Assembly (NCBI GenBank): GCA_965207885.1
Contig: OZ242311.1
Span: 1,344,001-1,408,000 of the forward strand
Direction: 5' to 3'
DNA length: 64,000 nucleotides
Source: Candidatus Latescibacterota bacterium
GTDB lineage: Bacteria; Latescibacterota; UBA2968
Shown: positions 47,477 through 57,347 of the stretch, in pieces
Layout of the letters: every line of letters begins with the position of its first letter
Position numbering within the stretch: the stretch's first letter is position 1
The notes under the pieces: model-generated
What the model was told of the DNA's origin: nothing
What the model saw: only the letters and a program-made list of their open reading frames with translations
The model's database searches: none
Made by a program: the position numbers and the translations under genes

Positions 47477-50400
47477 ATGCAATACATCGCCGACATACAC
47501 CTGCACTCGCGTTTTGCCCGCGCAACCAGCAAAACCCTGAACCCCGAAAACCTGTATCGGTGGAGCCTCATCAAAGGCCTGACAGTAGTAGGCACCGGAG
47601 ATTTCACCCATCCGGTATGGTTTGACGAACTGCGCGATCAACTCGAACCCGCCGAAGAAGGGCTATATCAACTGCGATCAGACCTCAGGCGAGGTATAGA
47701 CGCCGAGTTGCCACAAGCCTGTCGCGGACAAATGCGGTTTGTGCTCTCGGTCGAAATCAGTCTCATATACAAAAAGAACGACAAAACCAGAAAAATACAT
47801 CACGTCGTCACAATGCCGAGTTTTGACGCTGCGGCGCGATTAAATGCCCGACTCGGCGCAATAGGCAACCTGAAATCCGACGGACGCCCCATTCTTGGCC
47901 TGGACAGCCGGGACCTGGTAGAGATCTGTCTGGAAGCCTGTGACGAGGTACTCTTCATACCCGCGCACATCTGGACCCCTCATTTTGCTGTCCTGGGCGC
48001 GAGTTCCGGGTTTGACACCCTGGAAGAATGTTTTGAAGACATGCTCCCCCACATCTTCGCCGTAGAAACCGGCCTATCCTCCGACCCACCGATGAACTGG
48101 CGCCTATCCATGCTGGACAACTACGCAATCGTCTCCAATTCAGACGCGCATTCCCCACAAAAACTCGCCCGCGAAGCCACCTGCTTTAACACAGACCTAT
48201 CATTCCGCGGAATGTATAACGCATTAAAAGACCGCGACCCAACGCGCTTTACGGGCACCCTGGAATTCTATCCCGAAGAAGGCAAATATCACTTTGACGG
48301 ACACAGAAAATGCGACATATGCTGGAAACCCGTACAAACCCTCGACGCAGACGAAATCTGCCCGGTATGTGGCCGCAAATTGACCGTTGGCGTACTCCAC
48401 CGCGTTGAAAAACTCGCAGACCGCGCAGAAGGCGACCGCCCCGACGTGGTAATGCCCTTTGAAAACCTGATCCCACTGCCGGAAATCATCGGCTCAGTCC
48501 TCCAGGTGGGACCCACCAGCAAGCGCGTACAAACCGTGTACGAACAAATGCTATCAACACACGGAGCAGAATTGAAAATCTTGCGCGAACTGCCCATCGA
48601 AGAAATCGCCAAAACAGGAGACTTCCTCATCGCCGAAGGCATTCGACGCATGCGCGAAGGGGAAGTTCACATAGACCCGGGATACGACGGCGTGTACGGA
48701 AAAATTCAAGTCTTCTCCGACGAAGACCGCGCACGCCTGAGCGGGCAGGAAACGCTGTTTCACATACCAGCCGGGGAGCCTTCGAAAGAGAAAGCAGAGA
48801 ACGCGAGCCTGGACAAGAGCACAGAAAACTCAATAGCCAAAGATTCTTCTTTCACACTTCCCACTTCACTCTTCCCACTTCTCGACCCCCACCAGCAAGC
48901 AGCCGTAACAACGGAAAAAGGTCCCGTCATCGTAACAGCGGGACCCGGCACCGGAAAAACCCGGGTCCTCACCCATCGCGTAATCGACTTGATCCAAAAC
49001 CGCGGCGTATCACCCGCTTCTGTGATGGCCGTAACATTCACCAATCGCGCCGCAACTGAAATGTGGGAACGGATCGTATCCCTATCCTCAGGAGGCGAAG
49101 AACTGGTCCCCATGCGCGTGGGCACATTCCACCGCCTATCACTGGACCTCCTGCGAGAATACGCCCCCGAGCGAATGGGCGCAATAGCTGACCGAGGAGA
49201 AGCCCGCACCGTCTTACAGGAAGCAATCGCCGACATCGACACCGAAACATCGGTCGATGACGCCCTCTCCCAAATCTCGCTATGCAAAGCTACAGGACAG
49301 GAAATACCCGACATCACCGACACCGAACTCCAAACCATTTACACCAATTATCAACATCGCCTCACCACTTATGGCCTGATGGACTTTGACGACATCTTAC
49401 TCATACTCCACGACGTACTCTCCGGTGACATTTTACAAACAATCCAGGCGCGATTTACCCACGTACTCGTCGATGAATTTCAGGACGTCAACGCCGTACA
49501 GTACGCACTGATTCAAAAACTGTCCGGAGATGGATCGGGCCTCTTCGTCATCGGCGATCCCGATCAAGCCATCTACGGTTTTCGGGGCGCGAGCGCGGGA
49601 TATTTCGCGCAATTAAAAGCGGATTATCCCGGATCAAACGAAGTAATCCTGCAGCACACATATCGCTCCACCCCACAGATCATCTCCGCAGCATCCAGCC
49701 TGCTTCGCGGACGATCGTATGTCCCCGTGCGAGAAAATGGCCCAAATCTGAGAGCCTTATCCACACCGGGCGAAACCGGCGAAGGCATCGCCATCGTAGA
49801 AGAAATCTCCCGAATGGTCGGCGGTGCAGACTTATTGCAAGCCAACGAAGAAGGCAAACGCAGCCTGGACGACTTCGCCGTATTATTCCGTACCGGACGA
49901 CAAGCAGACGCCCTGGAAACGTGCTTCTTACAGGCCGGGATCCCCTACCGCGTCGTCGGGCAGAAAAGCTATCTGGACGCAGCTTCGGTACAGCACGCCC
50001 TATCGTTTTTTAAGTGCGTCCTGAGAGATATTTCCAGTGCCCCAACCACCAGAGATATAATCGACCTCCTCTCCATCCCCGCATTTGACCCTGGCAGAGA
50101 AGCGCGCGCAACAATGCGTCGTCAGGCTCAAAACACCGCGCTATCTGACACTGTACAGGAAAAATTGGACGCCGCGATGGAAGCCGTAGATCGCTTCCGC
50201 AATGAAACATCTCACCTATCGCCTTCCGAACGCATAGCAAAATGGGCAGAAGAATTTGCGACATCAGACGACATCGACATCGAACGACTGAGCCTGTTGG
50301 CTCAAGGCGTGGATTCCATCGCAGAGCTATTGGAAATCATCACCCTGGGACAGGATGGCGACTTTGTGCGTCGTGGAAAAATTGCGCGGCCCGAAGCCGT

Positions 50401-50707
50401 CACACTCATGACCTTGCATGCGTCCAAGGGCCTGGAATTCCCCGTGGTATTTATCTGTGGGGTTGAGGAAGGATTAATCCCGCACGCCAATGCGGATATC
50501 GAAGAAGAGAAACGCCTATTTTTCGTCGGCATAACCCGCGGACAAGACGAAGTGATCTTGACCCGCGCCCGAAGCCGCAGGCGATTTGGCGAACGCATCG
50601 CGCCCAAAATATCGCGCTTTGTAGCCGACATCCCCGAAGAAGTGATCGACTTTGTCGATCTGCGAACCGAAAGACGCAAACCCGCCGAACAACTATCCTT
50701 ATTTTAA
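47477..50707 (+). CDS. Endonuclease Q (PHP) domain fused to UvrD/PcrA-like SF1 helicase
   Basis: ADIHLHSRF..ATSK, GTGDFTHP, PAHIWTP, SNSDAHS, EGKYH.DGHRKC, CPVCG...TVGV; then AGPGTGKT, TFTN.AA, VDEFQD, IGDPDQAIYGFRGA, YRS, TLHASKGLEF, EEKRLFFVGITR; ATG 47477. Confidence 0.9.
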   Translation: MQYIADIHLHSRFARATSKTLNPENLYRWSLIKGLTVVGTGDFTHPVWFDELRDQLEPAEEGLYQLRSDLRRGIDAELPQACRGQMRFVLSVEISLIYKKNDKTRKIHHVVTMPSFDAAARLNARLGAIGNLKSDGRPILGLDSRDLVEICLEACDEVLFIPAHIWTPHFAVLGASSGFDTLEECFEDMLPHIFAVETGLSSDPPMNWRLSMLDNYAIVSNSDAHSPQKLAREATCFNTDLSFRGMYNALKDRDPTRFTGTLEFYPEEGKYHFDGHRKCDICWKPVQTLDADEICPVCGRKLTVGVLHRVEKLADRAEGDRPDVVMPFENLIPLPEIIGSVLQVGPTSKRVQTVYEQMLSTHGAELKILRELPIEEIAKTGDFLIAEGIRRMREGEVHIDPGYDGVYGKIQVFSDEDRARLSGQETLFHIPAGEPSKEKAENASLDKSTENSIAKDSSFTLPTSLFPLLDPHQQAAVTTEKGPVIVTAGPGTGKTRVLTHRVIDLIQNRGVSPASVMAVTFTNRAATEMWERIVSLSSGGEELVPMRVGTFHRLSLDLLREYAPERMGAIADRGEARTVLQEAIADIDTETSVDDALSQISLCKATGQEIPDITDTELQTIYTNYQHRLTTYGLMDFDDILLILHDVLSGDILQTIQARFTHVLVDEFQDVNAVQYALIQKLSGDGSGLFVIGDPDQAIYGFRGASAGYFAQLKADYPGSNEVILQHTYRSTPQIISAASSLLRGRSYVPVRENGPNLRALSTPGETGEGIAIVEEISRMVGGADLLQANEEGKRSLDDFAVLFRTGRQADALETCFLQAGIPYRVVGQKSYLDAASVQHALSFFKCVLRDISSAPTTRDIIDLLSIPAFDPGREARATMRRQAQNTALSDTVQEKLDAAMEAVDRFRNETSHLSPSERIAKWAEEFATSDDIDIERLSLLAQGVDSIAELLEIITLGQDGDFVRRGKIARPEAVTLMTLHASKGLEFPVVFICGVEEGLIPHANADIEEEKRLFFVGITRGQDEVILTRARSRRRFGERIAPKISRFVADIPEEVIDFVDLRTERRKPAEQLSLF

Positions 50708-52008
50708 ATACCGAGCATCTCGTGTACCACGTTGTGAATGCGGTCTTCCGTATCTTCAACAAAGGGACCCGTGCGCTTCCAGTGTTGCTGATTGAACCAG
50801 ACCTCGTAGCCCCCTTCTGGAATCTGGCGTTTAACGGGAATATAACCAACAATATCATTTGTATAAGCCGCCACCAGAAGATTCTCAAAATAAGGCGCCA
50901 ATTCTCTTTTCAAACGCAACCCGTGCTCCACATTCATCTCAGCAGCAAGCCCGACAATAGCCAGCGCATCGCCAAAACGCATAGTCTGGATCTCAAACGG
51001 AAAGCTGGTCGCAACCGGAATATTGTTTTCAACGCTCTCGAACAAATGTCGCGCCCAGGCCCGTACATAGTCCGAACCGGCATCCAGACTGGACTTGACC
51101 AGATCCATATCAATGGGTTCGGTCTCTATATTCAGCACCGTCTGCGCAATAGAAATCGGACCGCTTATGTGCCGCAGGTCCTGCGAAGCGAGTACACGGA
51201 TAACAGACTCACCCAATTCGACACCAATATCGCGGATCTCATCGACCTCCCGCTGAACAAAAACATTTGATGCAGGATCGACGGGCTTCGTCTTCTGATC
51301 TCCGGCACAGCCCTGCAGGAAACAAGTCGCGACATCGGGATACACCGCTTCGATATGGTCGTAAGCAAAACACACATAATCCCCCCCAATAAGCGTCCCG
51401 CTGCGGCTGGTGGGATGACAGGCATAAGAAAAAATAACACATCGCAACTCGCCCTCGGGAGATTCCACTGCAATAACCGGCACATCGTGGTCGTGAGGCG
51501 CTTTCAAAGAGGGTACCCACGCCACACCGCCCTTTCCATCTGGCTTTCGACGGGACCTCGCGATATCGCAACTCCCCGTACCAAAACGAAGACGCGCAGA
51601 AGACCTTACATCCCAGGCTACTTTTGCACAACGCGCGACATTTTCAAAAAGATCTTCGAGATAATCGTCGTCCAGTTCCCCGTGCCGCTCCCTGTCCATC
51701 TCCCGGATACAGGGGCCACAATGCGTATGCGAACCATTGAGAATAATATGCGCCGGATCAATACCCGTAGCCGCGTTAATCCTGCTTCGTACCTCTTCTG
51801 TGCGCTCGTAAAAACCCAGAATCTCGGCACCGACGATAAGCAACGGTGTCTCGCCGTCATCTATCGCAACCGCCGTAGCCTTCAAAGGATGATAAACCTC
51901 AGTAGAAGGCTCTTGCCGCGCCGCGAACCCGGCCAGATAAATCCCCACGGGCGGGGTAATATCGACCGTGCCGACGCCGACTTGATAGGTATGATTGGAC
52001 GATGACAT
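50704..52008 (-). CDS. Neutral/alkaline ceramidase N-terminal domain family hydrolase
   Basis: DITPP.G..LAGF, SHTHCGP, YACHPTS, GGDY, FLQGCAGD, GYIP...EGGYE. Confidence 0.8.
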   Translation of the reverse strand: MSSSNHTYQVGVGTVDITPPVGIYLAGFAARQEPSTEVYHPLKATAVAIDDGETPLLIVGAEILGFYERTEEVRSRINAATGIDPAHIILNGSHTHCGPCIREMDRERHGELDDDYLEDLFENVARCAKVAWDVRSSARLRFGTGSCDIARSRRKPDGKGGVAWVPSLKAPHDHDVPVIAVESPEGELRCVIFSYACHPTSRSGTLIGGDYVCFAYDHIEAVYPDVATCFLQGCAGDQKTKPVDPASNVFVQREVDEIRDIGVELGESVIRVLASQDLRHISGPISIAQTVLNIETEPIDMDLVKSSLDAGSDYVRAWARHLFESVENNIPVATSFPFEIQTMRFGDALAIVGLAAEMNVEHGLRLKRELAPYFENLLVAAYTNDIVGYIPVKRQIPEGGYEVWFNQQHWKRTGPFVEDTEDRIHNVVHEMLGI

Positions 52009-52020
52009 AACATATATTCC

Positions 52021-53154
52021 CTATAAAAATCGCGTAATTTGATACGCATCAATCTCTGTCTCGAGATCTTTCCTCAAAACCAGATCCGCGATGAGTTTTC
52101 CGCTATAAGGACCGAGTTGCAAGCCCGTGGGACCGTGCCCGGTCGCGAGATAAATATTTCGAATATTTGGAACGCTCCCCAGCACCGGCAAATGATCCTC
52201 CGTGTACGGACGCAGCCCAACCCGAATCTCCCGAACCTCTGCCTGCGCCAGACCCGGCGCCACCCGCAGAGCTTCAGCGAGAACCTCGAGCACCCCCGCG
52301 GCAGTCGTGCGCGCCTCAAAACCGGATCCAGTCTCCCGCGTAGCCCCCACAACCACGCGACCATCCGGCCACGGAACCATATAGTGACCCCGCACCGCAC
52401 TGATAATGGGCCATGACGACGTATCCGTATCGCCCAGACCCAAATGAATAATCTGACCGCGCTGCGGTTCAACCAGAATATGAACGCCAAGCTGATCTCC
52501 GAACGCCTGTGACCATGCCCCACCCGCGATCACAACCTTACCCGCAGAGACAGTTTCTCCACCTGTTATAACGCCCGTAACCGCATTATCCTGGATCAAC
52601 AACTGTTCAACCCCAGCGTGTTTAACCGCAAGACCCCTCGCTTCCGCGGCTCGATGCAAAGCAGCCGACAGAAGCCGACCATCCACGCGGGCGGCATCGC
52701 GGTAGAAAATCGCACCACGCACATCTCCCAGAGCGGGAAAACGCCTGCGCGCCTCGTCCGAAGAAATCTCGTACAAATCTTCCTCAGCCGGTTCACCGCG
52801 TTGATCCCGGCGATTAAAAATGTGTTGCCGCGCAATAGCAAAGGAATCTATTTCGTCGTACGAAACAGCGACGAGCATCATCCCACAAGTTGCAAAACCC
52901 GTCTCCTCATCCTGCTCCGCCTGCAAATTATCCACCAATTTTGGATAATATTCGGAAGCAAACGCAGCAAGACGCAACCAGGGACCTGGATCGCGGGTAT
53001 TGGTAGCGGGCGAAAGAATACCCGCACCAGCATCCGTAGCGCGCCCCGCATCCCTCCGGTCAACGAGCAGAGTCTTTGCACCGTCGCACACCAGATGATA
53101 CGCGGCAGAAATCCCGACAACACCACCGCCGATAACAATAGCGTCATAACTCAT
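52021..53154 (-). CDS. FAD-dependent oxidoreductase, D-amino acid/glycine oxidase family
   Basis: VIGGGVVG, ATDAGAG, IAGGAW, PQRGQ, GLRP, ATGHG..GL..GP. Confidence 0.9.
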   Translation of the reverse strand: MSYDAIVIGGGVVGISAAYHLVCDGAKTLLVDRRDAGRATDAGAGILSPATNTRDPGPWLRLAAFASEYYPKLVDNLQAEQDEETGFATCGMMLVAVSYDEIDSFAIARQHIFNRRDQRGEPAEEDLYEISSDEARRRFPALGDVRGAIFYRDAARVDGRLLSAALHRAAEARGLAVKHAGVEQLLIQDNAVTGVITGGETVSAGKVVIAGGAWSQAFGDQLGVHILVEPQRGQIIHLGLGDTDTSSWPIISAVRGHYMVPWPDGRVVVGATRETGSGFEARTTAAGVLEVLAEALRVAPGLAQAEVREIRVGLRPYTEDHLPVLGSVPNIRNIYLATGHGPTGLQLGPYSGKLIADLVLRKDLETEIDAYQITRFL

Positions 53155-53185
53155 TTTTTATCATCTCTTTCAGTATTATGAACGT

Positions 53186-54028
53186 TCATCCCCCCAAACC
53201 CCATATCTCAGCCGCAGTCCCGCCCAGAATGCGTTCTATATCCCCATCCGTCAGAAAGGGCAACCCCTCGCGAATAAGACGCAGTTCATCAGCAAGCGTG
53301 GGCCACTTGTGCTTGACCCGGTGATACCCGGGATAACCAGTCCCCCAGACCGTACGCTGAGCAGTAAAAACCGCCAGCGCCGCCTCAATATAGGGATGCA
53401 CATCTTCGTACGGATGAACTTTTTGCGAACGCCCAGCCACATCCGAAAGTTTAAAAAACACATTGTCAAAACGCGCCAGATCCAGAACAGGCTGATATTT
53501 AGCAAGCGGACGATCTATCTGCGGGTACCCCATATGGTCTAAGATAAGAACAGTATCCGGACACCGCTGAGCAATCGCAGCGACCTGATCCGCATCCTCA
53601 GGCCGCAAATGAAACTGGATAACAGCGTCGAGCGCCGCGATCTCTTCCCACATCGGACCGTTCTGCACCGTAAGCAGAATCTTTTCATCGGGATAGTACA
53701 TCGGATGCAAACGGAACCCAACCAGACCGCGCTCCCGGATCCAGTAACGCACCTGCTCGGCATTGTCGGGATCCTGGGGATCAACAAGACCATGCCCGAC
53801 AAACCGATCCGGATACCGAATCACCGAATCCGCAATATAACCATTATCCCACGTGGACCAACTCGTCTGCACGAGCACCGTCCAATCCACCCCTTCGGCA
53901 TCCATATCAGCCAAAAGTTCCTCAGCCGTACCTGGCTCATCCGGATAGCTATTCCACGTCGGCGCAGTGGGACCAACCGGATACTTATCCGAAATTTCCC
54001 AAATGTGAACGTGCGTATCTACAATCAT
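53186..54028 (-). CDS. Amidohydrolase_2 family protein
   Basis: IVDTHVHIW, DN.Y, GFRL, ILDHMG, FKLS, VWGTGYP. Confidence 0.88.
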   Translation of the reverse strand: MIVDTHVHIWEISDKYPVGPTAPTWNSYPDEPGTAEELLADMDAEGVDWTVLVQTSWSTWDNGYIADSVIRYPDRFVGHGLVDPQDPDNAEQVRYWIRERGLVGFRLHPMYYPDEKILLTVQNGPMWEEIAALDAVIQFHLRPEDADQVAAIAQRCPDTVLILDHMGYPQIDRPLAKYQPVLDLARFDNVFFKLSDVAGRSQKVHPYEDVHPYIEAALAVFTAQRTVWGTGYPGYHRVKHKWPTLADELRLIREGLPFLTDGDIERILGGTAAEIWGLGG

Positions 54029-54048
54029 AAAAAAGTCCTATAAGAAGC

Positions 54049-54071
54049 AAAAGCCCGATAGAATCGGGCTT
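54049..54071 (-). terminator. Intrinsic terminator after Rpn gene
   Basis: AAGCCCGAT-AGA-ATCGGGCTT with an A-run on the + strand 5' side (T-run on the - strand). Confidence 0.65.
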
Positions 54072-54114
54072 ATTCATATAATTTGCGGGATGTGCATAAT
54101 TCCATATAACCGCG

Positions 54115-54996
54115 TCACGCATCCAACGCTTGCTCAAACGCCTCAAGACTGGACACCTGAATCGCCGTACGATGCAACTTCTTCAGGCGTTGCAAATCTT
54201 CAATAGCGGCAATGCGAGCAGATAAGGGATCTGTTTCAGGTAGATCGAATCGAATTTCCAGCACCTCGATGATATCGGCAATAGCGCGGTCTCTCTCCCC
54301 GCGCTCAATGCCCTGCTTCATAATGTATTGTGTAAACGATGACTCGCGCATAATGGCATCCATAAGACCCTCCTGTAATAGAATACGATTGATCAGTATC
54401 GGATCATACTCTAACCCACTCAATATCATCAACCTGCCCAAAAAGTCAACCTTTATTGATTCATCCACCCGCAACGCATCCGTCGCGTCAACACAGTGAC
54501 GCAACCACGCCTCTGAATTTATCCCAACAGGATGTTTCATCAAGGGGACGAATGGAAACAAGCCCGAAGGTCCGCCATCAAGAATATCCTGTCCCTCTAT
54601 TTCACTCAGCCGAATCACTGTGTATTCTATCAAAACGTCACGGCCGGATATTTCATGAATAAAGTGTCCCGGATCGCGCCGACCTGCACTGCGCCGCAAG
54701 TAGATCACACTGGAGTAAATCGGCAGGTCGTGACGCTCAATCGCACGTATAATATAGCCCGCCATGCGGAGCGGCATAGATGGATCGTCAATCGTTTGAA
54801 ACTCGTGATGCACCAATGCCTCCTTGCCCGCAATATGGACGCGGATAAGGCTATCGGTATGTCGTGTATCAACCGTGCTTTGCTCCGTATCGAGTATGTC
54901 CAGGACTTCTACATCGTCCTGTTCAAGCGTGAGGCGGATAAAGTCTTTGGGATAGGTCTGGATCAGATCTTTGGAGACAGAGTCATATTCGGCCAT
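54115..54996 (-). CDS. Rpn family recombination-promoting nuclease / putative transposase (PD-(D/E)XK)
   Basis: YD...K.L, TDSL, HHEFQ, MPLRM..Y, VIYL; C-terminal GIERGE...VLEIRF...L..L tail. Confidence 0.8.
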   Translation of the reverse strand: MAEYDSVSKDLIQTYPKDFIRLTLEQDDVEVLDILDTEQSTVDTRHTDSLIRVHIAGKEALVHHEFQTIDDPSMPLRMAGYIIRAIERHDLPIYSSVIYLRRSAGRRDPGHFIHEISGRDVLIEYTVIRLSEIEGQDILDGGPSGLFPFVPLMKHPVGINSEAWLRHCVDATDALRVDESIKVDFLGRLMILSGLEYDPILINRILLQEGLMDAIMRESSFTQYIMKQGIERGERDRAIADIIEVLEIRFDLPETDPLSARIAAIEDLQRLKKLHRTAIQVSSLEAFEQALDA

Positions 54997-55331
54997 GTGG
55001 AATGCCCTGAGTCTGATGGGTGAATTTTACACGCAACAGTCAGACCCTGAGCAAATATCAAGCCAACATCTCAGAATTGAGCGATACATTGTATGGACAG
55101 AAGCTCACATATCCTCATCAGGCTTTTAATATGCTATATTGCGCCTTAACTTAAATGTAAGGATCGCCTTTGGAGGCACAGACAAACCGAACGCAGCGGG
55201 ATACAAAAGTGTACGTTTTGATCCATGAACGATGGGGTATCGTGAAAGATTTTTACATTTGAAAAATAGCGACCTGCCGCGCTGTGCTTAATGGCTTTTT
55301 TTAGGAATTGGCTGATGGCATATTTGAAGGC

Positions 55332-55502
55332 TTATTTTGATTTAGATAGTGTTAGTGTCACATCTCTCACTGCCAGTAAAAACGCCTCTATATCCCCATT
55401 TTGCTCATAATCCTCAAGCGCAACGGAAAGATATATCTTCGCGCCTTCTGGATCACGTAGCTGCTCAATATGATAGTCTTTGAAGTTTAGATAGTTACTC
55501 AT
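55332..55502 (-). pseudogene. Truncated addiction-module antidote protein (HI1420-like N-terminus)
   Basis: From ATG 55502: FKDYHIEQLRDPEGAKIYLSVALEDY...DIEAFLLAVRDV, ending before the expected HTH. Confidence 0.6.
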
Positions 55503-55535
55503 TTTTGGACTCTGTTGAGTTATGCTCTCTAAAAC

Positions 55536-55571
55536 AAAAGCCCGCTGGATGTGCATCCCATCGGGCTTTTT
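55536..55571. terminator. Terminator closing the phosphorothioation operon
   Basis: AAAAGCCCG...CGGGCTTTTT with A/T runs, about 50 bp downstream of the DGQHR gene stop. Confidence 0.75.
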
Positions 55572-55621
55572 CATTCTTGATGTTTCTTTACTATATTGTG
55601 CAGAAATTTCAGAACTTCGGT

Positions 55622-56890
55622 TTAGTCGTATAGCCTATCCGGAAGATTGACATTTGATCGTTCCTCTTCTGGAAAGTGACTGGCGTAAAAGTCTTTTAGA
55701 TTATCAAGTTCCGATTTCGAGAGCGACTCACCTAAGTAGTAAGCAATAAACCTCGATGCGAAATTTATCGCCTGCGTACCGCTGACGATTCTCGATCCGT
55801 TCATTAGAATACGTTGCCACATTGGGTTATCAATCCCCCAATCAACTTCATTGACTCGCTGAAGGATATCATTCCAAGAAAACCGTGATCCGTCAGATTT
55901 ATCTGCCGCCTTCAATCGAACGACCGCGAGCATTAATGCCCGCTGGCAAACCGGTTTGCCGAGAAGCAATGTATCTCTGATCTCCTTTCGTTTCTCATCT
56001 CCGCTATCCTCTTTATCCACCAACGCAGCGTGATATGTTGTTATGCCATTCGAGAGCTTTTCCCAATATTCCTTTGCTAGGTTCCGATAAAGTACTCGTG
56101 TCGCCGGATCAGGTAGAGTTTGGGTCTCTATCTTACCAAATGTTTCTGCGAGTACGGACTTAGTTGACTCGTAAATTGTTGACAAAGTTGTGAAGTAATG
56201 TGCAGTTTTTGACAAAGTGTTGGATCGATAGTTGACAAGACGACTTCCGATAACTTCGTTCGCGATCTCCCTCGAAATAACAGAGATAATATCATCGTCT
56301 GCAGTAATCAGATTCTCTGCCTTGGTTGTAGCCTTTGCGTATCGATTTACCTTATTGAAGATTTTTCGCCCTTTATACGGGTCATCATGTTTAATTAAGA
56401 TTAGCAAGACATCATCGTTAGCCAATTCTTGGTTTGGGCTGAATTCTTCTATTGGTCTATCCTTCTCGTCCTTACCGGACAGAGCGAATTGGATTGCGGC
56501 AAGTCTATGTTGACCATCCAATGGAACCAACAGCTCACCGCCTGAGAGTATGAGAAACCCAAAGGATTTCGCCGCTGTCTCGTAGAGTGTCGGAACCTCA
56601 TGCAGTATTTTGTTCGCTGGCTCAAATTTCATCTCTTCCGCATTAATTACGGCAACGATTAGTGCCCCAAAAAATTGATCTGAATCGGTAGCGAGATAGG
56701 GCGCGATTTGTTTCTTAACTCGATTATAGTTAATCTCCCGCTGAAAGCGTTCTTCAAGATCAAGTTCTCCCCAGTTAGGAATTTCTCTTGGTATAGTGAG
56801 CTGGTTTTTAACGTCGTTCGCTTTCATAGTAATCATAAAATAGTCGGTTGAACCGAACCGCCCTTTCATAGCGGGATGTACGCTAGCCAT
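55622..56890 (-). CDS. dndB: DndB-like DGQHR domain protein (ParB-like fold)
   Basis: PAMKGRFGSTDYF, FQREIN..RV...IAPYL, FFGALIVA, LDGQHRL.AI, R.IF..VNRYAK. Confidence 0.85.
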   Translation of the reverse strand: MASVHPAMKGRFGSTDYFMITMKANDVKNQLTIPREIPNWGELDLEERFQREINYNRVKKQIAPYLATDSDQFFGALIVAVINAEEMKFEPANKILHEVPTLYETAAKSFGFLILSGGELLVPLDGQHRLAAIQFALSGKDEKDRPIEEFSPNQELANDDVLLILIKHDDPYKGRKIFNKVNRYAKATTKAENLITADDDIISVISREIANEVIGSRLVNYRSNTLSKTAHYFTTLSTIYESTKSVLAETFGKIETQTLPDPATRVLYRNLAKEYWEKLSNGITTYHAALVDKEDSGDEKRKEIRDTLLLGKPVCQRALMLAVVRLKAADKSDGSRFSWNDILQRVNEVDWGIDNPMWQRILMNGSRIVSGTQAINFASRFIAYYLGESLSKSELDNLKDFYASHFPEEERSNVNLPDRLYD

Positions 56891-57266
56891 GTGTTTTCCT
56901 CCAATTAGTTGATTTTGGCGTGTAGTCTTGATACCGATCTTCGTTCGTTATTGGTTGTAAAAAAAGAATAAGTGACTTTTCGAGATCGTCTATTTCTGTC
57001 TCTTCACATCGAAGGTATATGAATTTGACGTCTCCATCTAGTGCTTTAACCCAAAGAGATAGCTTCGCGTTGTGGGACCCATTATAGTGTTGTGTCAATC
57101 GCTCCTGTACACCCTGATCAGTAGATTTCCCCACATAGACGAAGTCATGGTTGTGATAAAATATGTAGACACCTATCGTTTTCTTTGGAATATCCAATAT
57201 GTTCTGTAAAGTAAATCGTCTTCCGTTGTTTCTGAGTTCTCTTGAGAAGTTATTCGGGAACAGCAT
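56883..57266 (-). CDS. GIY-YIG nuclease family protein
   Basis: IGVYIF...FVYVGKS...ERL.QH...E..LI...P..N pattern; overlaps the DGQHR gene start by 8 nt. Confidence 0.8.
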   Translation of the reverse strand: MLFPNNFSRELRNNGRRFTLQNILDIPKKTIGVYIFYHNHDFVYVGKSTDQGVQERLTQHYNGSHNAKLSLWVKALDGDVKFIYLRCEETEIDDLEKSLILFLQPITNEDRYQDYTPKSTNWRKTHG

Positions 57267-57347
57267 TTCGTTTATCCTGACGATACATAAAAGTTACTCC
57301 ATACTATTTCAGGCACTTAGAAACCAAAGTAAACTTATACTGACAGA

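Noticed and set aside
54115-54996. Rpn gene as an insertion sequence
   Set aside because: No terminal inverted repeats or target duplication seen.
54997-55331. tRNA, att site or ncRNA at the island edge
   Set aside because: No cloverleaf or recognisable structured RNA seen by eye here or elsewhere in the window; an Infernal/tRNAscan run would be needed to exclude one.
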